Positions 1 to 7,595 of a stretch of 64,000 nucleotides of DNA are shown here, in pieces. The notes below the pieces were generated by a model. It saw only the letters and a list, made by a program, of their open reading frames with translations. It did no database searches and was not told where the DNA came from. This DNA is from Nitrospirota bacterium (GTDB lineage Bacteria; Nitrospirota; Thermodesulfovibrionia; Thermodesulfovibrionales; Dissulfurispiraceae), in the NCBI GenBank assembly GCA_963710375.1, contig CAVPZX010000008.1, positions 32,001-96,000 on the forward strand. The letters run 5' to 3'. The translations under genes were made by a program, and so were the position numbers. Within the stretch, counting starts at the first letter, position 1. Every line of letters starts with the position of its first letter.

Positions 1-21
1 GGAGAAGAGCGCGCCAGAAAC

Positions 22-525
22 ATGGCAGTTGTTTACGACAGAAAAGGCCGTCCGGATGCGACTTATACAAAAACGCACTCTTTTCCCCTGTCCCAGGAGG
101 TTGAGCGGTTTATTGAAGGGACAGAGAGGGTCGTCTTTAATATTGATGCAATGCCTTCCAGCGTCTTTATCTGCTATGATTTGAGGTTCCCTGAGCTTTT
201 CAGGGATGTTGCAGGACGGGTAAAGGCGATATTTGTAATAGCCAACTGGCCTTCCAAAAGAAAGGACCACTGGGAAACACTGCTCAAAGCGCGTGCGATA
301 GAGAACCAATGTTTTGTGATAGGAGTAAACCGCACCGGAGTTGACGGCAACGGTATCGTGTATCCAGGCGCTTCCCGAATTTTTGGTCCATTTGGAAATA
401 CCGTCTGTTCCGGCGATGATACCGAAGAATTCATAACCTGCGAGTTCGATCCCGTCGAGACAGACCGTGTACGGTCTGCATTTCCTTTCCTTTTGGCCCG
501 TGAACAATCACAAAAGGAGAAATGA
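22..525 (+). CDS. Carbon-nitrogen hydrolase (nitrilase/amidohydrolase) family protein, probably 5'-truncated by the window edge
   Basis: Motifs YTKTH, ICYDLRFPE, ARAIENQCFVIGVNRTG. Confidence 0.9.
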   Translation: MAVVYDRKGRPDATYTKTHSFPLSQEVERFIEGTERVVFNIDAMPSSVFICYDLRFPELFRDVAGRVKAIFVIANWPSKRKDHWETLLKARAIENQCFVIGVNRTGVDGNGIVYPGASRIFGPFGNTVCSGDDTEEFITCEFDPVETDRVRSAFPFLLAREQSQKEK

Positions 526-532
526 CCTGCGT

Positions 533-1225
533 ATGACGACCCAAAAAAATATTAATAAGATAGCGATATTGGCTGTAATCATATTACTGATCGCCGCATT
601 TAAGATCTTTGGGCTTGAACAATATCTCAGCCTTTCCTACCTGAAGGCCTCTCAGGAAAAGTTCGCGCTTCTGTATGCTGAACATAAGATACTTGTAATA
701 GCCGGTTATATGATTATTTATATTATTGTCACGTCGTTATCATTGCCGGGAGCAGCAGTGCTCACCCTGGTGGGAGGGGCGCTCTTTGGTTTAGTGGCCG
801 GGACACTTATCGTATCTTTCGCCAGCACCATAGGTGCGACCTTTGCATGCCTTGCCTCACGGTTCGTATTAAGGGATTGGGTACAGTTGAAATTCGGCGA
901 CAAACTGTCGGCTGTTAACAAAGGCATAGAAAGGGAAGGCGCCTTTTATCTCTTCACGCTTAGATTAATTCCGATCTTTCCTTTCTTTGTCATCAATCTT
1001 GTCATGGGTCTGACAAAATTACCTTTGCTGACATTTTATTGGGTATCGCAATTGGGGATGCTTCCGGGTACTATGGTTTACGTGAATGCGGGGAAAGAGC
1101 TTGCAAAGGTCAATTCTCTATCCGGCATTCTGTCTCCCGGATTGATCTTTTCATTTGCGCTCCTCGGATTATTTCCGATAGCAGTCAAAAAGATAATGGC
1201 GTTTTATAAACGGGATAAAAGTTAA
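533..1225 (+). CDS. TVP38/TMEM64 (DedA/VTT domain) membrane protein
   Basis: LSLPGAAVLTLVGGALFG and LRLIPIFPFFVINL motifs; start moved from 467 to the ATG at 533. Confidence 0.88.
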   Translation: MTTQKNINKIAILAVIILLIAAFKIFGLEQYLSLSYLKASQEKFALLYAEHKILVIAGYMIIYIIVTSLSLPGAAVLTLVGGALFGLVAGTLIVSFASTIGATFACLASRFVLRDWVQLKFGDKLSAVNKGIEREGAFYLFTLRLIPIFPFFVINLVMGLTKLPLLTFYWVSQLGMLPGTMVYVNAGKELAKVNSLSGILSPGLIFSFALLGLFPIAVKKIMAFYKRDKS

Positions 1226-1236
1226 AAAAATATTGA

Positions 1237-1416
1237 GGGCTCGCGAATAAATAACTTGCACATTGATGCATCTCAGATTTAGGCCATCTTTGCCAGATCC
1301 TCAGTCGCAAAATCCTCAACGTAGCTATGCTACGCCTGCGGTTTTGCTCAGTCGGATCATCCAAATCTGACCCAAATCTGTGCGCCTGAATGCACAAGTT
1401 ATTTATTCGAGAGCCC
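1237..1416. mobile_element. 180 bp palindromic MITE-like element, copy 1
   Basis: Terminal inverted repeats GGGCTC(G/T)CGAATAAATAACTTG; the whole element is an imperfect palindrome around CGTAGCTATGCTACG; homologous copy at 9937-10118. Confidence 0.85.
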
Positions 1417-2649
1417 TACGGAGAGATCAAAGGTCCTGAGAGCGTCTTCATAAATGCCTCGATCTGTAAAAGTTCTTCATCAGTCAGGTCCTGATGCTCC
1501 ACTTGAGTGCTTGAACTCATCCTGTAGAAAAACATTACATCTTCCAGGGACTTGGATTGCCCCGCATGCATATAGGGTGGCCGCTCTGCAACATTTCGTA
1601 ACGTTGGGGTCTTGAATGCTCCTATATATTTGCTTTTGTCCTTGTCTATGAACCTCAGTTCGCTGCATTGATCAGGCTTGGCATCGCTGTATTTACCGAG
1701 ACAGTTGAACTCATCAGAAAGCACCTTGCCAATGCCCTCTGCCCTGCCCTTATCCTTTCCATTGTCCAGCCCAATGTCGTGAAACTCGCCGTTCGTAAAA
1801 AGCGGACCCATGTGGCAGGTGATACATTTGGCTTTTCCGATGAATAGTCGCAATCCTTCGACTGCATCGCGGCCCATTGCCTTGTCCGCAGCCGCCTGGT
1901 CGTTCCTGAGTACTGCATCGGCATACAGGTCGAACGGCGCGGGAGAAGGCACTATCCTCCTCACATAAGCTTCGATCGCCTTGCCGATATTCGCGTAGAC
2001 CCTGTTGACAGCGTACCGGTCAGCCGGTTTCATCGCCTTCCAGAGCTTGAGCGCAACTGGATTACCTGTTCCAGGGCTTGCCTTCGGAGGACAGACTCTT
2101 GTGGGTTATCTTCGGGAGACTGCCGAATATCTCAGTGTATTCGTTCTTGTATTTGTCGATTATCAGGTGTGCGCAGTAAGAACGGGTAATGCCATGCTCA
2201 GGAACGCTCTCGATCGGTCCAATGGCCTGAGACCATAAGCTGTCCTTCCTGCCATCCCAGAAGAACCAGGACTGATAGGCTACACCGATGAGCGGCATGG
2301 TCCTTCGAGTATTGGTGCCCATGCCCCTGGCAAGGGCAAATCTGTCAGTGAATGAATATTCCGGAATATGACAGGTGGCGCATGATATCTTCCCGTTGGC
2401 GCTGAAACTTTTATCGAAGAAAAGCTTCTTCCCAAATTCTATCGCCTTGGGGTTATCTGCATAAGCGTTCGACGGGTCAGGGGGCAGCGGCGGAAGCGAG
2501 GCAAGAGAGAGGGAGCGTATCACATTCTTGTCTTCCTCGCTCCACTGATGAATCTGTTGGAGGTCCTTGTCCGCGGCCATGCCAGTGCTGCCTGCGCCCA
2601 TAATCGTAAAAGAAATGAGGACAAGCGTCAGAAAAGTAAACCGGGCCAT
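1416..2649 (-). CDS. Di-heme cytochrome c peroxidase/MauG family protein, split by a +1 frameshift near 2095
   Basis: ORF 2062-2661 has a signal peptide, CATCH and FFWDGR; ORF 1416-2033 has CITCH and FKTPTLRNV..RPPYMH; the alternative frame VCPPKASPGTGNPVALKLWKA joins the two; GGAGG RBS before the ATG at 2649. Confidence 0.9.
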
Positions 2650-2679
2650 GATAACCTCCAACTCCGCTTTTGCATAAAA

Positions 2680-3459
2680 TTACTTCAACATGAGGTTGAA
2701 GGAAGTATTGTCGGTTTTTCCGCCAGCGTTGACACTGACGTTGACCACCCACCATCCGGACATACTGAACTTCATTCCTTCCACAAGGTAGGTACCATCG
2801 CCGTAGTTCTTTGTGACCTTGGGCTGTGTAGGCATACCATGACCGTGTTCCGGCATGGTCCCGCTAACTGTAATCTTCGCATCCTTGACCGGTTTGCCGT
2901 CAGCAGTCTCAACCTTGAGTTTCCAGGACTGGAGCTTGTTAACCGGCACAGTCTGGAGATCACTTGTGTATGTTACCTTGAATGTTCCTGCCTTCGAAAC
3001 CATCGTCTTTGCGTAAGCAGCATCAGAGGTCGGCTTTACCATAGCGCTTGCGGAGCAGTGCTTGCATTTGCAGTCTTTACCACAATTGCAGCCACCCTTG
3101 CCGTCACTCTTGCAGTTGCACTTTCCCTTGCCTGTTTTGCAATGTTCGCACTTGCAGTCCTTGCCGCACTTGCAGCCCTTGCCGTCACTCATACAATTAC
3201 AGCCTTTGTCCCCTGCTTTGCAGTCGCAGTTTCCCTTGCTGCACTTTCCGCACTTGCAATCTTTCCCGCACTGGCAACCATTTCCGTTTTTACCGTTCTT
3301 GCAGTTGCAATCACCCTTGTCTGTCGTGCAGTTAGCGCATTTACAATCCTTACCGCAGTCGCATTTTGCGGCGGCATCGACCGTTCCTATTATCGGCGCA
3401 CATGTCATGGACCCGATAAAGAGAACGGCAAGAAGAATGACTCCAAATTTTTTCAGCAT
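2680..3459 (-). CDS. Exported protein: Cys-rich metallothionein-like repeat region fused to a YtkA/FixH-like domain
   Basis: N-terminal hydrophobic signal; residues 33-135 hold 28 Cys; C-terminal MPEHGHGM...GTYLVEGMKFSMSGWW resembles YtkA/FixH; GGGGG RBS-like run upstream. Confidence 0.82.
   Translation of the reverse strand: MLKKFGVILLAVLFIGSMTCAPIIGTVDAAAKCDCGKDCKCANCTTDKGDCNCKNGKNGNGCQCGKDCKCGKCSKGNCDCKAGDKGCNCMSDGKGCKCGKDCKCEHCKTGKGKCNCKSDGKGGCNCGKDCKCKHCSASAMVKPTSDAAYAKTMVSKAGTFKVTYTSDLQTVPVNKLQSWKLKVETADGKPVKDAKITVSGTMPEHGHGMPTQPKVTKNYGDGTYLVEGMKFSMSGWWVVNVSVNAGGKTDNTSFNLMLK
3055..3363 (-). repeat. Four tandem coding repeats CxCGKDCKCxxC with CxC-containing linkers
   Basis: CDCGKDCKCANC, CQCGKDCKCGKC, CKCGKDCKCEHC, CNCGKDCKCKHC. 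Confidence 0.95.
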
Positions 3460-3516
3460 AATTACCCCCCTTTAATTATGATTGTATAATTGTAAAACAG
3501 GACACCTTATTTATAG

Positions 3517-3550
3517 GTAGAAGTATACTCTACAACAACAAATATTGCAA
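3517..3550 (-). promoter_or_regulatory. Sigma70-type promoter with an inverted repeat over the -10 box
   Basis: TTGCAA (3550-3545), 17 bp spacer, TATACT (3527-3522); imperfect palindrome GTAGAAGTATACTCTAC at 3517-3533. Confidence 0.6.
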
Positions 3551-3641
3551 TAAACTGGGTGTATGCAAGTCAGACATTACGGGGTTGTTTTTCTGCAGGG
3601 GGTGCCCAAGAAGTCGGCAGACTTATTGAGGAAGAGGTGAG

Positions 3642-3676
3642 CGCCGGGATTAGATCTGTCTCAGCCCATCCCGGCG
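3642..3676. other. Intergenic inverted repeat (possible hairpin)
   Basis: CGCCGGGAT...ATCCCGGCG, no clear U-tract. Confidence 0.3.
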
Positions 3677-4067
3677 TTAGCTATATTGACGGTTATCGCA
3701 ATATCTGACGCAAAGGTGCCTGAAGGTGTGATTATATCTTATATGTAATTTATTTCCCAGGAAATTGGAATTAATCCACATACATGCTGTTTAATAACCC
3801 TCGGAAATCCCAATAAACCAAGAAGATAACACATTGTCTTGCCTAGTATAATTCTTGCATGATAGTCAGTTGAGGATAAGACATGCGACCACAGAAAAAT
3901 AGGAGGGAATACTGATGAGCTGGTTATGGCGTTTATGGTTTTGGCTGATGTGCGAGGGCGATAAGGTTACACCGGCAACCACAAGCATAGCGCTGGACGA
4001 CGACTATTCGCCCGTTCCGGTACCGCTCAGCGCTGAGTATAATTACTACTTTGTCGAGGACAAGGAC

Positions 4068-5435
4068 TTATAGCGCGCCCTTACCAGTAAGAACGATCCG
4101 GATCGTCCGAAGTAATATGACGAGATCAAGGGTCAGGCTCCTGTTCTTGATATAGTAGAAATCGTACATTAGCTTCTGACGTGCATCATCGATCGAATTG
4201 CCGTAGCGGTGATTGATCTGCGCCCATCCCGTGATCCCGGGCGAGACCATGTGGCGTTCAGAGTAATAAGGGATCGCTTTCACGTACTTCTCAACCAGGC
4301 TCACCGCCTCCGGCCGCGGCCCGATCAGACTCATATCTCCTTTTAACACATTGATCAGTTGGGGTACTTCGTCGATCCGCATTTTACGAATCAGTTTTCC
4401 AACCCGCGTTATACGATTATCTTTGTTGGTTGTCCAGTGGACATTGTTCTTGTCTGCATCCTCGATCATGGTCCTCAGTTTCCAGACGAGAAAAGGTTTG
4501 TTCCCCCTGCCGATCCGATACTGGGCATAAAATACCGGCCCCCCTGAATCGAGCTTGATCAGAAGAGCGACGAGGGGAAGCAGGGGCAGGGTCAGACATA
4601 AACCGGCGCTGGCGAGTGCAATATCTATCGAGCGCTTGGCATACCAGAAGTAGCGCTTACCTTTAAGGCTTAGTTCCAGGATGAACCAGTTGTCAGTCAA
4701 GTAATCAATAGGTACCTTGCCGGTAATCTCCTCTATCACGTTTATGAAATTGAAAACCCGGACCTTTATCTGCATGCATTGGAGCAGGAGGTTCATCAAA
4801 TCATCATCGATGGAAGCGGTTGCAACAATGACATGATCAACATCCCTCTGCTGGGCGATCGATACAAGGTCCTGTATGCTCCCGAGATGCGGCATCCTGT
4901 TCTTTGCATAGGTCCCCGGTCTATCAGACACATAGCCCACGACTTCGGCACGAAGATATACCCGTGAAGTTATAAGCTGTGCAACTTCTGTACTTCGTTT
5001 GCCATCGCCAACAATGAGGACCCGCCAAAGCGTGGACGAACGAATGTTCTTAGTGATGATATAACGAAAAAGGACAATAATGATGAAAGAAAAAAGATAA
5101 AAAAGAATAAATACAGCACGTGGCACCATCTCCCGGAAAAAAAAGAATGTGAATGTCAACAGAATTGAACTTAGCAAAAGGCCGAACCCTATGGTTGCTA
5201 TCTGATATAGAAACTGGAACGGCGTCTTGTGCAGGGTGTAAGCGTCGAGAATAAAAAAAAGTGTGACTGTGCCTGCCACAAGGATAGAAAAACCCCAGTG
5301 ATAGTTCCAGACGAGACTGAAAGTGAATGGAGCTTTGTGGCCGACAAGGACCGCGATGATGAAAGATACGAGCATCGCCGCGATATCGCTTATCAACAGC
5401 AATGCTCCCTTTTCTTTGATATATGTCTGCAGCAC
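4068..5435 (-). CDS. Polyprenyl glycosylphosphotransferase (priming sugar transferase)
   Basis: N-terminal TM helices; KLRTM, RITRVG, DEVPQLINVLKGDMSLIGPRPE, PGITGWAQ. Confidence 0.93.
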   Translation of the reverse strand: MLQTYIKEKGALLLISDIAAMLVSFIIAVLVGHKAPFTFSLVWNYHWGFSILVAGTVTLFFILDAYTLHKTPFQFLYQIATIGFGLLLSSILLTFTFFFFREMVPRAVFILFYLFSFIIIVLFRYIITKNIRSSTLWRVLIVGDGKRSTEVAQLITSRVYLRAEVVGYVSDRPGTYAKNRMPHLGSIQDLVSIAQQRDVDHVIVATASIDDDLMNLLLQCMQIKVRVFNFINVIEEITGKVPIDYLTDNWFILELSLKGKRYFWYAKRSIDIALASAGLCLTLPLLPLVALLIKLDSGGPVFYAQYRIGRGNKPFLVWKLRTMIEDADKNNVHWTTNKDNRITRVGKLIRKMRIDEVPQLINVLKGDMSLIGPRPEAVSLVEKYVKAIPYYSERHMVSPGITGWAQINHRYGNSIDDARQKLMYDFYYIKNRSLTLDLVILLRTIRIVLTGKGAL

Positions 5436-6380
5436 TTAAGTAATATCTCCAGGTCTGTAGTGCTCACTGAACCATGCGTAGGTCATCGCAAGACCATCAC
5501 GGAAAACTATTGAATGGCGCCATCCGAGGGCCCGAATTTTAGTGACATCGAGTGGACGACGGGGGGTCCCATCAGGCTTGGTAGCGTCCCAAACGATTTC
5601 GCCTCCATAACCACTGATCTCTTTTATCAAAAGAGCAAGATCCCTAATGGAAATATCATCACCCGTGCCGACATTGATCAACTCCCTGCCATCATAATGT
5701 TCCATTAAAAACACAGCTGCATCCGCCGCATCGTCCGCATGAAGAAACTCCCTCATCGGGTTCCCTGTTCCCCACAGGGTAACGGATTTTGCACCTTTTA
5801 TCTTTGCCTCATGAAATTTATGTATTAACGCCGGGATAACATGAGAATTTTCAAGGTCAAAATTATCATAGGAACCATAGAGATTAGCAGGCATGCACGA
5901 AATCGCATTAAACCCGTATTGATCACGCATCGCCTCGCACAATTTTATTCCCGCGATCTTTGCGATTGCATAAGGTTCATTGGTAGGCTCGAGCGAACCG
6001 GTCAGCAAGTATTCCTCTTTGACAGGAACAGGCGCGAACTTTGGATAAATACATACGCTGCCCAGGAAAAGTAATTTCTTTACGCCACATCGAAAGGCTG
6101 AATTAATGACATTGTTCTGCACTTGCAGATTCTCGTAGATAAAGTCGGCGCGATACGTATTATTCGCATTTATACCTCCGACCTTAGCTGCTGCCAGAAA
6201 AACATAATCAGGCCGTTCCAGCTCAAAAAATACCTCGACATCAGCCTGCCGTATCAGATCAAGTTCTCCGTGTGTTCTGCCGATTATATTTTCATAACCG
6301 GACTTCCGGAGTTTTCTGACTATCGCGGAACCAACCAGTCCTTTATGCCCCGCAACATAAATCTTTGAATTCCTATTCAT
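5436..6380 (-). CDS. fcl: GDP-L-fucose synthase
   Basis: AGHKGLVGSA, LAAAKVGGI, YAIAKIAG, KPDGTPRR; start moved to MNRNSK. Confidence 0.95.
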   Translation of the reverse strand: MNRNSKIYVAGHKGLVGSAIVRKLRKSGYENIIGRTHGELDLIRQADVEVFFELERPDYVFLAAAKVGGINANNTYRADFIYENLQVQNNVINSAFRCGVKKLLFLGSVCIYPKFAPVPVKEEYLLTGSLEPTNEPYAIAKIAGIKLCEAMRDQYGFNAISCMPANLYGSYDNFDLENSHVIPALIHKFHEAKIKGAKSVTLWGTGNPMREFLHADDAADAAVFLMEHYDGRELINVGTGDDISIRDLALLIKEISGYGGEIVWDATKPDGTPRRPLDVTKIRALGWRHSIVFRDGLAMTYAWFSEHYRPGDIT

Positions 6381-6405
6381 ACCTTCCGCCTTATTCAAAA
6401 TACCC

Positions 6406-7458
6406 TCATCTATTTGCTCTTTTCTCCATTTCAGCAAGCCTCATGTCCGCGTCAGCCATCATATTGACCAGGCCCTCAAAGTCGGTCTTTGTTTTCCATC
6501 CCAATTTTGTACAGGCCTTTGAAGCATCCCCAATCAGGAAATCCACCTCGGCAGGCCTGAAATACTTTGGGTCAACCTCAATAACAATTTTGCCTGTTTT
6601 TGAGTCAATCCCCTTTTCATGGACCCCGTTGCCTTTCCATTCCAGCGGCATATCGAGCCTCGCAAAAACCTTTTCAGCGAACTCCCTGACCGAATGGGTC
6701 TCGCCGGTGGCAATAACATAATCATCGGGCTCAAGCTGCTGGAGCATCAGCCACATGGCCTCCACGTAATCACCGGCAAACCCCCAGTCCCTTTTCGCAT
6801 CCAGGTTACCGAGATACAGGCTCGACTGGAGCCCCAACTTTATCCTGGCGGCTGCTCGGGTGATCTTCCTGGTGACAAATGTTTCTCCACGGCGCGGGGA
6901 TTCGTGATTAAAGAGAATTCCGTTACAAGCGAAAAGGCCGTAACTCTCTCTGTAATTGACGGTGATATAATGAGAATATGCCTTTGCGCAGGCGTATGGC
7001 GATCTTGGATGAAATGGGGTCGTTTCCTTCTGTGGTGTTTCAACTACCTTCCCGAACATTTCCGAGGAAGATGCTTGATAGAACTTTGCACTTAATTCAG
7101 CTTCCCTGATTGCCTCTAAAATCCTGGTGGTCCCCAGGGCAACAATTTCACCAGTATACTCCGGCACGTCAAAAGATACCCTTACATGGCTCTGTGCTCC
7201 CAGATTATATATCTCCTGGGGGTGCACATTCCTGAGGATTTTATTTATTGAACTGCCGTCATTGAGGTCGGCGTAGTGGAGGAAGAGTGGCAGGCCCGAT
7301 TCATGGATGTCGTGATACAGGTGATCAATCCTTGCTGTATTGAAGGATGAAGAGCGGCGGATGAGACCGTGTACTTCGTATCCTTTGTCCAGAAGCATTT
7401 CAGTCAGATATGAGCCGTCCTGGCCGGTGATGCCTGTGATCAAGGCACGTCTTTTCAA
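6406..7458 (-). CDS. gmd: GDP-mannose 4,6-dehydratase
   Basis: [28 protein letters not shown]. Confidence 0.97.
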   Translation of the reverse strand: MKRRALITGITGQDGSYLTEMLLDKGYEVHGLIRRSSSFNTARIDHLYHDIHESGLPLFLHYADLNDGSSINKILRNVHPQEIYNLGAQSHVRVSFDVPEYTGEIVALGTTRILEAIREAELSAKFYQASSSEMFGKVVETPQKETTPFHPRSPYACAKAYSHYITVNYRESYGLFACNGILFNHESPRRGETFVTRKITRAAARIKLGLQSSLYLGNLDAKRDWGFAGDYVEAMWLMLQQLEPDDYVIATGETHSVREFAEKVFARLDMPLEWKGNGVHEKGIDSKTGKIVIEVDPKYFRPAEVDFLIGDASKACTKLGWKTKTDFEGLVNMMADADMRLAEMEKRANR

Positions 7459-7595
7459 GTTGACACCTCCAAAATGCTTAAAAGTTCTCTTTCAAATATT
7501 TCCAGCACTGTTTTTTATCTAGTTTAAGGGAGAAGATAAAAGAGCAGTGTCTTTCGGTGACCTTTCCAGAAACTTGCAATATCCTCTTGTATTCC

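Noticed and set aside
1185..1397. 70 aa minus-strand ORF similar to the N-terminus of the 804 aa ligase
   Set aside because: It is the translation of the palindromic element, not an independent gene
3400..3411. Lipobox at Cys20 of the Cys-rich protein
   Set aside because: SMTC fits the lipobox poorly; signal peptidase I cleavage after VDA looks more likely, but this is unresolved without a predictor
2548..3489. Long plus-strand ORFs (313 aa Ala/Leu-rich, 137 aa Gln/Pro/Leu-rich, 95 aa Cys-rich)
   Set aside because: Antisense shadows of the repetitive Cys/Lys/Gly codons; the minus-strand ORF has the signal peptide, RBS, promoter and a recognisable domain
3680..4067. Possible ncRNA or small gene in the long intergenic region
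   Set aside because: No recognisable RNA motif, ORF or repeat that I can support from sequence alone
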